From: Acidimicrobiales bacterium
Lineage (GTDB): Bacteria > Actinomycetota > Acidimicrobiia > Acidimicrobiales > SZUA-35
NCBI GenBank assembly: GCA_020630195.1
Contig: JAHDBV010000003.1
Coordinates: 74,043 to 138,042, forward strand
Direction of reading: 5' to 3'
DNA: 64,000 nucleotides
How positions within the stretch are numbered: the stretch's first letter is position 1; every line of letters begins with the position of its first letter. The position numbers and the translations under genes were made by a program. The notes beneath the pieces are model-generated. The model did no database searches and was not told the origin of the DNA. It saw nothing but the letters and a program-made list of their open reading frames with translations. Below are positions 37,763 to 48,591 of this stretch, one piece after another.

Positions 37763-38848
37763 ATGCCGCAGACCGTCAAGGGTGTCATCGCCATGGCCAA
37801 GGGGGAGCCGGTCACCGTGACCGACATCGTCATCCCCGACCCCATCGCCGGAGAGGCCGTCGTGGCCATCAAGGCCTGCGGCGTCTGCCACACCGACCTC
37901 CACTACCGGGAGGGCGGCATCAACGACGAGTTCCCGTTCCTCCTCGGCCACGAGGCCGCCGGTGTGGTCGAGTCGGTCGGTGAGGGTGTCACCGACGTCG
38001 CCGTCGGCGACTACGTGATCCTGAACTGGCGTGCCGTGTGTGGTCAGTGCCGCTCGTGTGCCAAGGGCAAGCCGCAGTACTGCTTCGCCACCCACAACGC
38101 GACGCAGAAGATGACGCTCACCGACGGCACCGAGCTGTCGCCGGCGCTCGGCATCGGGGCGTTCTGCGAGAAGACCCTCGTCGCCGCCGGCCAGTGCACG
38201 AAGGTCGACGAAGCCGCCCCGCCGGAGGTCGCCGGCCTGCTCGGCTGCGGCGTGATGGCCGGGATCGGCGCCGCCATCAACACTGGTGAGGTCGGCCGGG
38301 GCGACACCGTCGCCGTGTTCGGCTGCGGCGGTGTCGGCAACGCCGCGCTCGAAGGTGCCCGCATCGCCGGCGCCCGCACGATCATCGCCGTCGACATCGA
38401 CGACCAGAAGCTCGAGTGGGCCAAGGACTTCGGCGCCACCCACACCGTCAACTCCTCCGAGGTCGATGCCGTCGAGGCGATCCGGGAACTCACCGACGGC
38501 AACGGTGTCGACGTGGCCATCGAGGCCGTGGGCCTGCCGCAGACCTACGAGCAGGCGTTCTACGCCCGCGATCTCGCCGGCACCGTGGTGCTGGTCGGTG
38601 TGCCGAACCCCGAGATGAAGGTCGAGCTCCCGTTCATCGAGATCTTCGGTCGTGGCGGCGCGTTGAAGTCGTCGTGGTACGGCGACTGCCTGCCCAGCCG
38701 GGACTTCCCGATGCTGATCGACCTGTTCCTCCAGGGCCGCCTGAACCTGGGTGGCTTCGTGTCGGAGACGATCGACCTCGATGCCGTCGAGGAGGCGTTC
38801 CACAAGATGCACAAGGGCGAGGTGCTCCGCAGCGTCGTGACGCTGTGA
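37763..38848 (+). CDS. mscR: S-(hydroxymethyl)mycothiol dehydrogenase / S-nitrosomycothiol reductase
   Basis: [46 protein letters not shown]. Confidence 0.92.
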   Translation: MPQTVKGVIAMAKGEPVTVTDIVIPDPIAGEAVVAIKACGVCHTDLHYREGGINDEFPFLLGHEAAGVVESVGEGVTDVAVGDYVILNWRAVCGQCRSCAKGKPQYCFATHNATQKMTLTDGTELSPALGIGAFCEKTLVAAGQCTKVDEAAPPEVAGLLGCGVMAGIGAAINTGEVGRGDTVAVFGCGGVGNAALEGARIAGARTIIAVDIDDQKLEWAKDFGATHTVNSSEVDAVEAIRELTDGNGVDVAIEAVGLPQTYEQAFYARDLAGTVVLVGVPNPEMKVELPFIEIFGRGGALKSSWYGDCLPSRDFPMLIDLFLQGRLNLGGFVSETIDLDAVEEAFHKMHKGEVLRSVVTL

Positions 38849-38854
38849 TCCGCC

Positions 38855-38884
38855 ACGGCTCGGCGTGGTGACGCGCCGAGCCGT
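38855..38884. terminator. GC-rich hairpin between convergent genes
   Basis: ACGGCTCGGCG pairs with CGCCGAGCCGT (11-bp perfect stem); no U-tract. Confidence 0.65.
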
Positions 38885-38889
38885 CGCCC

Positions 38890-40104
38890 TCAGGCGAAGC
38901 GGGCCCCGCTGCGGCGGGGCCACATCACCGCACCGAACAACAGGATGCTCGGGAGCACCACCGTGGCGATCGCCATGCCGACGTCGAAGGTGTCGGTGGC
39001 GGCGAGTGCTCCGATGACGAGCGGTGCGAACAGTCCCATCGCCCGGCTCCCGGCCGTGACGGCGCCCAGACCACCGGCGCCGCCGCCGGGCATCTGGGCG
39101 GCCTGGTCGTAGAGCGTCGGGAAGAAGGTGGCGACGCCGAGCCCGGTGGCGAAGAGCCCGGCGAGCACGGCTGCGGTGAGGTCGACGAGGGTGGAGGCCA
39201 CCGCACCCACCGAGGCGAGCACGATCGACAGTCGAGCGAGTCGGTCGTCGCCGATCCGGACGACCACGCTGTCGCCGGCGAAGCGGCCGACGGTCATGCC
39301 GAGCGTGTAGGCCACGTAGCCGAGCGCGCCGAGGGCGGCGGTGTTGCCGAGGTCGTCGATGAGCCGGAAGGCGGCCCAGTCGCTCGAGGTCTGCTCGGCG
39401 GCGAAGGCGCCACCGGATGCGGCTCCGATGAGGAGCAGCAGTCGCCAGCGGGGCCCGCTCCGGCGACCTCGACCGGAGGTCTCGGTCGTGGCGTCGTCGG
39501 GGTCCGGCTCGTCACCGCGCTCGTCGACCCGGAGGAGGTTCGCTCCGACACCGAGGATGGCGACCGCGAACAGTCCGGCGGCGATGAAGAGGTGAGTGCG
39601 CAGCGACAGCTCGGCCGCGGTGGCCTGGGTGGCGACGATGGCGCCGAGCACGGTGCCGAGGCTCCAGAGGCCGTGGAGGCGGTTCATGACGGGGGTGTGC
39701 CGGCGGGCGCTCAGCCAACTGCCCTGGAGGTTCATCGGGACGTCGACACAGACGTCGGCGGCCTGGATCCCGACGAGTCCGAGCAGCAGCAGGGGCACGC
39801 TGTCGGCGGCGCCGACGAGGGCGAGGGCGCCGACGAGGACGAGGCCGCCGCCGAGGATGAGGCGACGGGTGCCGAGGGCGGCGACGAGTGGGCCGACGGC
39901 GAACGAGGCCGCGATGCCGGCGAAGACGGCTGCGGCGAGGAGCAGCCCGAGTTGGTCGAGCGTCAGGTCGATCCGGTCGCGGATCTCGGGAAGGCGGGGG
40001 AGGAACGAGGCGACCACGGCGCCGTTGACGAAGAACTGCACGGCCACGGCCGAGAGCGCCCGCCGATCGGTCGGGGAGAGCGAAGATGTCGTGGTCCCGG
40101 TCAA
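38890..40104 (-). CDS. MFS transporter
   Basis: FFVNGAVVAS..PRLPEIR, DVPMN, LHGLWSLG, MTVGRFAGD. Confidence 0.88.
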   Translation of the reverse strand: MTGTTTSSLSPTDRRALSAVAVQFFVNGAVVASFLPRLPEIRDRIDLTLDQLGLLLAAAVFAGIAASFAVGPLVAALGTRRLILGGGLVLVGALALVGAADSVPLLLLGLVGIQAADVCVDVPMNLQGSWLSARRHTPVMNRLHGLWSLGTVLGAIVATQATAAELSLRTHLFIAAGLFAVAILGVGANLLRVDERGDEPDPDDATTETSGRGRRSGPRWRLLLLIGAASGGAFAAEQTSSDWAAFRLIDDLGNTAALGALGYVAYTLGMTVGRFAGDSVVVRIGDDRLARLSIVLASVGAVASTLVDLTAAVLAGLFATGLGVATFFPTLYDQAAQMPGGGAGGLGAVTAGSRAMGLFAPLVIGALAATDTFDVGMAIATVVLPSILLFGAVMWPRRSGARFA

Positions 40105-40153
40105 GCGCCCGAGGCTAGCGATCCGCCGTGTGGGCCTCGCCTAGGTTCGTAGG

Positions 40154-40702
40154 GTGCGCATCTCCATCGTCGGCAATTCGGGTTCGGGCAAGACGACGCT
40201 GGCTCGTCGGGTCGCCGAGCGCACGGGTGCCCACCACATCGAGCTCGATGCACACCAGCACCAACCGGGCTGGGTCGAAGCCGGGGAGACGGCGATGCGT
40301 CGCTCCGTGGCCGCCGAGGTCGAGTCCCACGATCACTGGGTCTGTGATGGGAACTACAACAGCTGGGTCGGCGACGTCGTGCGAGGCGCTGCCGATGTGG
40401 TGGTCCTGCTCGACCTCCCTCGGTGGCGGGTCATGGAGCAGGTGGTTCGGCGCACGGTACGCCGGGCGGTGACTCTCGAGGAGCTCTGGAACGGCAACCG
40501 GGAACCGCTGACCAATTTCACCCGCTGGGATCCAGCGGAGAACATCATCCGCTGGTCGTGGACGAACCACGAGCGCTACCGAACGAAGTACCTCGCCCTC
40601 TTCGAGTCGAACGAGTGGCCCCGGGCCCAGACCGTCGTGCTCCGCTCTCGCCCCGAGATCGACGAGTGGCTCGCCACTCTGCCTCCCGTCACGACGAGCT
40701 GA
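40154..40702 (+). CDS. adenylate-kinase-like P-loop protein (FlaR-like)
   Basis: IVGNSGSGKTT, IELD, WVCDGNY, LWNGNRE. Confidence 0.85.
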   Translation: MRISIVGNSGSGKTTLARRVAERTGAHHIELDAHQHQPGWVEAGETAMRRSVAAEVESHDHWVCDGNYNSWVGDVVRGAADVVVLLDLPRWRVMEQVVRRTVRRAVTLEELWNGNREPLTNFTRWDPAENIIRWSWTNHERYRTKYLALFESNEWPRAQTVVLRSRPEIDEWLATLPPVTTS

Positions 40703-40712
40703 CCGAGTTCGC

Positions 40713-40735
40713 TGTCAGACCCCTGTGCCTATGGT
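40713..40735 (+). promoter_or_regulatory. RecA-NDp/PafBC-like DNA-damage promoter candidate
   Basis: TGTCAG-N11-TATGGT-N7-GTG (mycobacterial consensus spacing is N10). Confidence 0.4.
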
Positions 40736-40742
40736 CCGGTTT

Positions 40743-42011
40743 GTGGGAGATGGACTGACGAGCGGGCCGGGGTGGGTGGACCCTGACGCGTTGGACCGGG
40801 CCTGGCATGCGGCGATCGAACAGGCCGCCACCGTGGCGGGAGCACGCAACGTCGCCGACGCCGCCGCGGTGGATCTGATCGCCGACGTCATCGCCACCGA
40901 CGCCTGGCGCGGTGACGGGATCCGATCGGTCACCCACTGGGTGCAGTGGAACCTCGGCCTCTCCATCAGCCAAGCCGTGAAGTTGGTGAAGATCGCGGAA
41001 CGCCGCGACGAACTCGACGAAACAATGCGCCTGTTCCGCAATGGCGAGCTGTCATCGGACCAAGTCGCCTTGATCGCAAAGCACGCACCCACCACGTTCG
41101 AAGCCTCATCCGGGCGCCTCGCCCGTGAGTTGACGATGAACCAACTCAGTCGGGTCATGCGCTCGTACTCATTCGCTGAGGACCCGCCGACGCCCCCATC
41201 ACATGACGAGGAGACCGACGCTGCTGCTGCGGGGTCGTTGTCGATGTCGACGACGGAGTCGGGACGGTTCGTCCTGCGGGTCGAAGGCGACGCCGAAGCC
41301 GGGAACCGTGTCCGCACCACCCTCGACCAGTTCCGCTCGAAACTCCGCCACGAACTCGACGAAACAAATCGGGTCACCGGGTTCGACGCGTTCATGGACC
41401 TCATCGACACCGCCACCGACCACGACCCCTCACGCTCCCGACGAGACCGGACCCGCGTGTTCGTCCACCTCGACCTCACCAAACGAGGCCTCATCGGATC
41501 CACCCACCTCGGGCCGACCGTGCCGGACGAGTTGTTGCGCCTCATCACGTGTGACGCGTCGACGCAGGCGGTGATCGACGAAGCCGGCACACCCTTGGCG
41601 TTGGGCCGGACGTCTCGGACGGTGCCGGACAGCCTGAGGAACCAGATCCTCCACCGCGACCAGGGCTGCCTGGTCTGCGGACGGACCCGGAACCTCGACG
41701 CCCACCACCTCCACCACTGGATCGATGGTGGGGCGACCGACCCGGAGAACCTGATCACGTTGTGTTCGGCCTGCCACCAGGCCCACCACCGGGGCGAGTT
41801 CGACATCCAAGCATCTGCCGATGCTCCCGGCGGCGTGGTGATCACCAACCAACACGGCGTGCCCTGGAACCGGCCACCCCGACAACCACCCGACCCGCCC
41901 GACCCGGACAGCCCCGACCCGCCACCCAGATTCCACAAACCCACCCACGAACCCCTCCGCACAGGCGACATCCACCTCACCGAGAACCCACGGCCGCCCC
42001 ACCTCGAATGA
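40743..42011 (+). CDS. DUF222 + HNH endonuclease (13E12-repeat-like) protein
   Basis: RLITCDA, LGRTSR, RDQGCLVCG, DAHHLHHWIDGGATDPENLITLCSACHQAHH; more A-ending codons than flanks. Confidence 0.88.
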   Translation: MGDGLTSGPGWVDPDALDRAWHAAIEQAATVAGARNVADAAAVDLIADVIATDAWRGDGIRSVTHWVQWNLGLSISQAVKLVKIAERRDELDETMRLFRNGELSSDQVALIAKHAPTTFEASSGRLARELTMNQLSRVMRSYSFAEDPPTPPSHDEETDAAAAGSLSMSTTESGRFVLRVEGDAEAGNRVRTTLDQFRSKLRHELDETNRVTGFDAFMDLIDTATDHDPSRSRRDRTRVFVHLDLTKRGLIGSTHLGPTVPDELLRLITCDASTQAVIDEAGTPLALGRTSRTVPDSLRNQILHRDQGCLVCGRTRNLDAHHLHHWIDGGATDPENLITLCSACHQAHHRGEFDIQASADAPGGVVITNQHGVPWNRPPRQPPDPPDPDSPDPPPRFHKPTHEPLRTGDIHLTENPRPPHLE

Positions 42012-42062
42012 CCGGGACCGTCCGGTCCGACGTGTGCGACCCGACCTCGCCGATCATGCGGC

Positions 42063-42869
42063 ATGCCCGAAGGTCACGTCCTCCATCGCCAGGCCCGGCT
42101 GCAGCGCCGGCGGTTCGCCGGTGAGGTCGTGCGGACGGCATCGCCACAGGGACGGTTCGACGAGGGTGCCGCCCGCCTCGACGGGCAGACGGTCGCCGAG
42201 ATCCGGGCCATCGGGAAGCATCTGATCTACCGGTTCGACTCCGACGACCACCTGCACATCCACCTCGGCCTGTTCGGCAAGTTCCGCCTGCGTCGCCAGC
42301 CCGCGCCGGAGCCGTCGCCGAACTGTCGGCTCCTGCTCTGGACCGACACCGACGAACTCCACCTCGCGGGCCCGACCGCGTGCGAGGTGCTCGACCCCGG
42401 CGCGATCGACGCCCTCGAAGCCCGCCTGGGCCCCGATCCGATCGCTCGACCGGCCGATGGTGCCGAGCGGTTCGCCGCTCGCCTCGCCACCCGATCGATC
42501 CCGATCGGCAAGGCGCTGCTCGATCAGAAGGTCATCGCCGGCCTTGGCAACGTCTACCGCGCCGAGCTGCTGTTCCTCCTCGGCATCCACCCGTTCGTGC
42601 CGTCGAAGGAGGTGCTGGCCCACGAGGTCGACGCACTCTGGGACCTGTCGGTGATCGAACTCGTCGAGGGCGAACGCGCCGGGAAGATCGTCACCGTCGA
42701 TCCCGCCGATCTCGGCCGCACGAGACGCAGCGAGCTCGGGCGGGGCGAGAAGCTCTACGTGTACAAGCGCCACAACCGCCCATGTCGCCGCTGCGGCACG
42801 ACGGTCGTCGCCGCCGACATCGACGGGCGCAACATCTGGTGGTGTCCGAGCTGTCAGCCCGAACGCTGA
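42063..42869 (+). CDS. nei: Fpg/Nei family DNA glycosylase
   Basis: MPEGH, GKHL, HLGLFG, LLDQKVIAGLGNVYRAE, CRRC...WCPSCQ zinc finger. Confidence 0.92.
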   Translation: MPEGHVLHRQARLQRRRFAGEVVRTASPQGRFDEGAARLDGQTVAEIRAIGKHLIYRFDSDDHLHIHLGLFGKFRLRRQPAPEPSPNCRLLLWTDTDELHLAGPTACEVLDPGAIDALEARLGPDPIARPADGAERFAARLATRSIPIGKALLDQKVIAGLGNVYRAELLFLLGIHPFVPSKEVLAHEVDALWDLSVIELVEGERAGKIVTVDPADLGRTRRSELGRGEKLYVYKRHNRPCRRCGTTVVAADIDGRNIWWCPSCQPER

Positions 42870-43011
42870 CGCCTCCGTTCGGCCTCTCCATCGACGACCC
42901 CACCACCACGGGGACCGCAGCTGGGCCGAACGACCCATTTCCTTCCACCGCTCTGGGCGGTCACCGCCACGCTGGGTAGTGTCGATCACGGCGAGTGAGG
43001 GAGTACACGGC

Positions 43012-44850
43012 GTGACACGGATGATGCGGGCAGTGCTGACGGCACTGCTGGTGGGCGCGACGGTGGTGGCCGTCCCCGGTGCGGTGGATGCACAGAACGG
43101 CCGGCGTCTCGACGTCGGTGTCAGCGGTGGCGATCCCGCGCGGGTGGCTCAGATCGAGGGTGCCATCGGGCAGGGCCTCGACGTCGTCCGGATCTTCAAG
43201 CGGCTCGACGACCGATTCCCGAACGCCTCCGAGCAACGCCTGCTCGACTCCGGCCACGACCTGTGGATCTCGATCGACAGCTCGACGCGAGCGGGCCGGG
43301 TCCGCTGGCGCGACCTCGCGAACGCGGCGCCGGGCAGCGCCCTCCACGGCCACCTCACCCGCTGGGGCGACAGCATCGAGCCATACGAAGACCGGGTGCA
43401 TCTGACGTTCCAGCACGAACCCGAGAGCCGGATCAACGTCGCGCTCGGCGACGCCGACGACTTCATCGCCGCATGGCGTCAGGTGATGACGGTGATGGCG
43501 GAGCGGGGCGCACAGCCGAATCGTGCCTGGACGATGACGAGCTACTCGTTCCGGGTCGATCAGAACGATCGACGGACGGCCGGTCGCTGGTATCCCGGTG
43601 ACGGCTGGGTCGACGCGTTCGGTGCCGCGGCCTACAACTGGGCGGGCTGTCGCCCGGGCTTCAACGACCCGTGGCGGAGCGCCGCCGAGGCGCTCGAACC
43701 GTTCCGCCGTTTCGGGGCCCGCTATCCCGGGATGGAGCTGATGATCTCCGAGCTCGGATCGGCCGAAGCCGGTGCCGGTCGGAAGGCCCGCTGGATCCGC
43801 GAGACGGCCGACCTCCTCGTCAGCCCCGGCTACGAGCAGTTCTCGACGGTGATCTGGTTCAACTCGGTCCACGATCAACGTGACGGGCAGAACAGCTGCA
43901 ACTGGCGGCTCGACTCGAGCCCGTCGGTGATGCCCGCCTTCGGTGACATGGTGCGGACGCTCCATGGCCGTCCGCCCGCGGCCGCCGTCGTCGCCCCACC
44001 CGTGACGACCACCACGACCCGTCCTGCGCCCACGACGACCTCGACCACCCGGCCCGCGCCGACGACGACGAACCCCCGGGTCCCGACCACGGCGGCCCCC
44101 ACGACGGCCGCCCCGACCACCACGACGACGGTCGCGCCGACCACCGCCGCCCCCACGACGGCCGCCCCGACGACGACCCGGCCCGCGCCGACCACCTCGA
44201 CGACTCGACGCCAGACGACGACCTCGGCGGCACCCGCGGCCCCCGTGGCCGCGGCGCCGGCCCGCAGCGCGGGGTCGCTCCTGCTCTCCGACCGGCTCGA
44301 CCGCAGCGGCGATCGCATCGAGATCGAACTCACCGCCGACACCACGGGCCTGCATCGCCTCGATCTGCTCACCGGCGGATCCCTCGATGCCGGCGCCAGT
44401 GTGCGCGGTTCGTTCGGTCACTTCGTCGCCGCCACCGCTCCCGGCGACTCCTCGATCATGGTGCCGCTCGAGGCGGGAGTGACCCGTCGCCTGGCCGTCT
44501 GGTCGCGCAGCGGCTCCGGCTCGATCGACGTGCGACTCGCCTCACCGGCCGACCAGACCACGATCCGGTCGGGTCGAGCCGACGCTTCGGGCACGAACGG
44601 GGCCGTCAGCCAGACGATGCGGTGGACCGCCGACCGATCCGGCCCGACGCGGTTCGTGCTCGACTGGTCGACCACGGCCGACCTGCACCTCCGGGTGACC
44701 GCCCCGGACGGGACCGTGATCGGCGAGGACCGCTCGGGCAACGATCTGGCGCTCGTCGAGGCCGACCTCGTGGCCGGACGGCGCTACACCGTCGAGATCT
44801 GGGCCACCGCCGGGGCGTCGTCGTTCCAGCTCTCGGTGGCCGACAACTGA
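43012..44850 (+). CDS. secreted GH26-like glycoside hydrolase with T/P linker and C-terminal beta domains
   Basis: Signal peptide; FQHEPE, WYPGDGWVD, MISELG; PTTT linker. Confidence 0.75.
   Translation: MTRMMRAVLTALLVGATVVAVPGAVDAQNGRRLDVGVSGGDPARVAQIEGAIGQGLDVVRIFKRLDDRFPNASEQRLLDSGHDLWISIDSSTRAGRVRWRDLANAAPGSALHGHLTRWGDSIEPYEDRVHLTFQHEPESRINVALGDADDFIAAWRQVMTVMAERGAQPNRAWTMTSYSFRVDQNDRRTAGRWYPGDGWVDAFGAAAYNWAGCRPGFNDPWRSAAEALEPFRRFGARYPGMELMISELGSAEAGAGRKARWIRETADLLVSPGYEQFSTVIWFNSVHDQRDGQNSCNWRLDSSPSVMPAFGDMVRTLHGRPPAAAVVAPPVTTTTTRPAPTTTSTTRPAPTTTNPRVPTTAAPTTAAPTTTTTVAPTTAAPTTAAPTTTRPAPTTSTTRRQTTTSAAPAAPVAAAPARSAGSLLLSDRLDRSGDRIEIELTADTTGLHRLDLLTGGSLDAGASVRGSFGHFVAATAPGDSSIMVPLEAGVTRRLAVWSRSGSGSIDVRLASPADQTTIRSGRADASGTNGAVSQTMRWTADRSGPTRFVLDWSTTADLHLRVTAPDGTVIGEDRSGNDLALVEADLVAGRRYTVEIWATAGASSFQLSVADN
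43995..44270 (+). repeat. coding T/P/A-rich imperfect repeats (TTRPAPTT, PTTAA)
   Basis: Repeated ACC/ACG-rich units. Confidence 0.7.
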
Positions 44851-44878
44851 GCGGTGGTCTGGCGGGCCGCGGTGCCGG

Positions 44879-46138
44879 TCAACCGGCGCCGACGCGCAAC
44901 GCCGTGATCGGTTCGATCGACGACGCCTTCCAGGCCGGATAGACCCCGGCCACGAGGCCGATCAGCGCTCCCAGCACCGGTGCGGCGAGCGGGAGCCAGG
45001 AATCGAGCACCGGCGTCCACTCGCGGGTGGCCGACACGGCCACGACACTCAACACGCCGAGGCTCGCGCCGAGCACGCCGGCGAAGAGTCCGAGCGCCGC
45101 CGATTCGGTGAGGAACTGGCCGGCGATGTGGCCTCGGGTCGCGCCGAGCGCCCGTCGGAGTCCGATCTCGCCGGTGCGCTCGAGCACCGACACGAGCGTC
45201 ACGTTGGCGATGCCGATCGCGCCGACGAGCAACGACAGACCACCGAGCACCAGGAACAGCGCGTTCACCTCCGACTCGACCGTGGAGCGCACCGCCCGGG
45301 GCGACGGGGGGACCCTCGACCGGACGAAGCCCGGGTCGTTGGGGGAGAGGGCCAGGGGTGCCTGTTCGCCGATGAGCTCCGCCGCGCCGACCTCGACGTC
45401 GATGTGCACCTCGTCGACACCACTCAGGCCGAACCGATCACGGGCCAGGCCGTCGGGCACGATGATCGCGTTGAGCAGGTCCGGCTCCCGGGCGACGTCG
45501 TCGAGAATGCCCATGACCGCCACCGGCTCCTCACCGATGAAGATCGCCGGCAGGTTGTCGATGCGGGCCACGTTCAGCCGGTTGGCGGCGCCGGGGCCGA
45601 GGATGGCGACGGCGTCGCCCCGGTCGTTGTGGCCGTGATCGAAGAAGCGTCCGGTCCGGGTCTCGGCCCGCACGGCCTCGAACAGGCCCGGGCTGACGGC
45701 GATCACGGGGATCTGGAACTCGTTCTGGCCGAGCGGGTCGATGACCGGCACGGCCCGGGCGAGGGCGCCGTTCAGCTCGACGGGTGACTTCGTGCCGGCG
45801 GCGCGCACCCCGTTGAGACGGACGAGGCGGTCCTCGGCGTCGAAGGGGATGGCGTTGAGCTGGGTGTTCTCGTCCCGGGTCTGGCGCGGTGCGTTGGTCA
45901 CGACGATCCGCGTGGCCTCGAGCTCGTCGAACTGGCGCACGATCTGATTGCCCGCGGTCTTGGCCAGCCCGAGCGTCGCGACGAGCGCGGCCACGCCGAG
46001 GATCGTGCCGAGTGCGGTGAGCAACGTCCGGGCGGGTCGAGCCGTGAGCGCCGTGCTCACCTCACCGACCAGGTCGCCCGCGGTCAGGCCCGATCGGGGC
46101 ACGGCCTCGGTGTCGGAGATCCAGGTGGGGGTGGTCAC
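44879..46138 (-). CDS. MacB/FtsX-like ABC transporter permease
   Basis: RTLLTALG, IGIANVTLVSVLERTGEIGLRRALGA, YPAWKAS. Confidence 0.92.
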   Translation of the reverse strand: MTTPTWISDTEAVPRSGLTAGDLVGEVSTALTARPARTLLTALGTILGVAALVATLGLAKTAGNQIVRQFDELEATRIVVTNAPRQTRDENTQLNAIPFDAEDRLVRLNGVRAAGTKSPVELNGALARAVPVIDPLGQNEFQIPVIAVSPGLFEAVRAETRTGRFFDHGHNDRGDAVAILGPGAANRLNVARIDNLPAIFIGEEPVAVMGILDDVAREPDLLNAIIVPDGLARDRFGLSGVDEVHIDVEVGAAELIGEQAPLALSPNDPGFVRSRVPPSPRAVRSTVESEVNALFLVLGGLSLLVGAIGIANVTLVSVLERTGEIGLRRALGATRGHIAGQFLTESAALGLFAGVLGASLGVLSVVAVSATREWTPVLDSWLPLAAPVLGALIGLVAGVYPAWKASSIEPITALRVGAG

Positions 46139-46827
46139 GAGGTGACTCCGGCGGGCAGCTCCGACAGTCGGCCGTCGCGGATCTGCACCCGACGTTCGGC
46201 GACGTCGGCCACCTCGAGATCGTGGGTGATCACGGCCAGCGTGAGCCCGTCGTCGTGCAACTCCGCGAACAGATCGAGGATCTGGTCGGACGTGTTGGTG
46301 TCGAGGTTGCCGGTCGGTTCGTCGGCGAGCAGCAGGCTCGGTCGGCCGACGAGTGCCCGGGCGACGGCGACACGCTGGCGTTCGCCGCCCGACAGGGTGG
46401 TCGGCATGGCGTCGAGCCGATGCCCGAGGCCCACCCGCTCCAGTGCTTCGGACGCGAGCTGGCGGCGCTCCCGACGTGAACCCTTGCGGTACACCTCGGA
46501 CAGCATCACGTTCTCGACCGTCGTGCGGTTGGCGAGCAGGTGGAACGACTGGAAGACGAACCCGATGCGATGGGCCCGCATGCCGGCCCGTTCCCGATCG
46601 TCGAGTGACGCGGTGTCGATGCCGTCGAGGGCGTAGACCCCCGAGGTCGGACGATCGAGCAGGCCGAGCAGGTGGAGCAGCGTCGACTTGCCCGACCCCG
46701 ACGGGCCGACGATCGCCAGATAGTCGCCACGTTCGACGACGAGGTCGGCGTCGACGAGTGCTTCCACCGGCGGGTTGCCGGGGAACGAACGACCGAGCCC
46801 GATCAGCTCGACGACGGGAGCGGTCAC
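46135..46827 (-). CDS. ABC transporter ATP-binding protein (LolD/MacB-like)
   Basis: GPSGSGKST, LSGGERQR, LADEPTGNLD, ITHD. Confidence 0.95.
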   Translation of the reverse strand: MTAPVVELIGLGRSFPGNPPVEALVDADLVVERGDYLAIVGPSGSGKSTLLHLLGLLDRPTSGVYALDGIDTASLDDRERAGMRAHRIGFVFQSFHLLANRTTVENVMLSEVYRKGSRRERRQLASEALERVGLGHRLDAMPTTLSGGERQRVAVARALVGRPSLLLADEPTGNLDTNTSDQILDLFAELHDDGLTLAVITHDLEVADVAERRVQIRDGRLSELPAGVTS

Positions 46828-48591
46828 GAGTCGTCGGCGTCGTCGGAGGTGTCGTCGCCGTCGGACTCGGCGTCCTCGGACTCGTCCGAGGACGCCTCGC
46901 CCGAGTCGCCCGTGGCGAGGCCGACCACGACCCGGTCGCCCTCGGCGAGCTCGTCGTCGACGGGGGTGATCTGGACGAAGCCCTGGGCTCGCAGACCCGG
47001 GATCACCTCGACGCGGCGCACGGTGCCGTCCTCGTCCTCGACCTCCACCCGTGCCGAGCCGTCGGCGTTGGCCGACAGCGCCGCGAGCGGCACGGCGAGC
47101 ACGTCGCCACCGGTCGTGTCGATCGGGATGGTCACGCGGAAGTTCTGGAAGTAGGCGTCGACGGGAACCTGCTCGGTCGGTTCGAACCGGACCCGGTAGC
47201 GGCCGGCGCCACCGGAGGGTTCATCCGCCACCTCGGTGATCTCGGCCTCGAACTCGAGGTCGAGCGACGCGTTGTCGAGCACGGCCCGTTGTCCCACCGA
47301 GACGAGCGATCGGTCGGCGGCCGAGACACTGCCGTCGACCCGTGCACCCGAGCCCGTCACGGTCATGACGGCCTCGTTGGCGAAGTCGCCGACCTCGACG
47401 TTGATCTGCTGGACCTCACGGGGCAGGAACGGCAGGAACAACAACTCGGCGGCCGGGAAAGGTCGTGCCGATCTGGGCTCGGGTCTGGCTGAGCCGTTCC
47501 CGGGCGTCGGCGAGGTCCTCACGGGCGTCGCTCACGTCGTCGGCACTCACGCCCGTGTCGCCCGACAGGGCCTCGTTCAGCGAGGCCCGGGCGATGGCGA
47601 GCTGGTTGGCGGCGTCGGCGACGAACCCGTCCTGCTCCCGCTTCGCCGCCATCTCGGCGGCCGAAGCGTCGTCGCGCACGGCGAGCAGATCGTCCCGGGT
47701 GGCGGTCAGGGCCACCTCGGCCTGGATCAGCTCATCGAGCTTGGCGGCGGTGATGGGATCGCCCGTGTCGGGGTCGGTGCCCTGCTGGCCCTGGACCCGG
47801 CGGGCGGCCGCTGCTTCGAGCTCGGCCTGGGCGGCATCGAGGTCGGCCTGGGCCGCGCCGGTGGCCTCCCAGAAGGGGGCGATGATCTCGTCGCGCTGTC
47901 GCTCGGCGTCCTCGAGTGCCCGTTGTGACCGGTCGATCTCACCCTGGAGCTGGAGGCGCTGGGACTCGGGGAGTCCGGTGCCCTGCTGCGTGATGTCCCG
48001 GACCCGTCGCTCCGCCGCGGTCACGGCGTCCTCGTCGCCGTCGAGGCGGGCGAGATCGTCGACCGAGGGCAGGTTCGGGGTGTAGCCGGCGTTGCGGTAG
48101 AGCTGCTCGACGGCGGCCTGGGTGTCGGCGTCGTAGACGCCGTCGATCGTGCCGGGCGCGAGGCCCAGGCGATCGAGGGCGGCCTCGAGCTGCTCGACAT
48201 CGGGGCCGTTGACCGACGGACCGAAGCTGCGGAACACCGGGAGCTCGCCCTGGAGGGCGAACACCGGTCGGCCGCCGATCTCGACGATCACGTCACCTTC
48301 GGTCAACTCGTCACCGACCTGCCAGGGCTGGCGGGTCACGATCGTCGAGCCGTCGATGGATGCACTCACCCGGAGGTTGAGCGAGTCGGCGAAGACCACG
48401 TCGCCACGGGTGATCACGCTGGAGGACAGCGACAGGGTCTCGATCGGGACCGTGACGTTGGAGGCCGGCGGGGGCGCGGCGTCGGCCGCGATCTCGGCCG
48501 GTGACTTGATCTGGCGCCCGGCGATCCATCCCAACGCGGCCGCCGCCACCGCCACGACCGTGACGATGGCGAGCGCTCCGCGGCGGCTCAT
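46824..48591 (-). pseudogene. peptidoglycan-binding efflux adaptor (MFP) gene with a 1-nt frameshift at 47458-47460
   Basis: N-part (TM, PG-binding GPDVEQLEAAL..LG...DGVY, coiled coil) continues in another frame as FPAAELLFLP...VLAVPLAAL...GDRVVVG. Confidence 0.8.

Noticed and set aside
40700-42014. TGACCG at both ends of the DUF222 gene as a target-site duplication
   Set aside because: TGACC(G/C) follows many stop codons in this window, so it is not distinctive
43995-44270. Repeat tract as a CRISPR array or non-coding repeat
   Set aside because: In-frame Thr/Pro linker codons with no repeat-spacer periodicity
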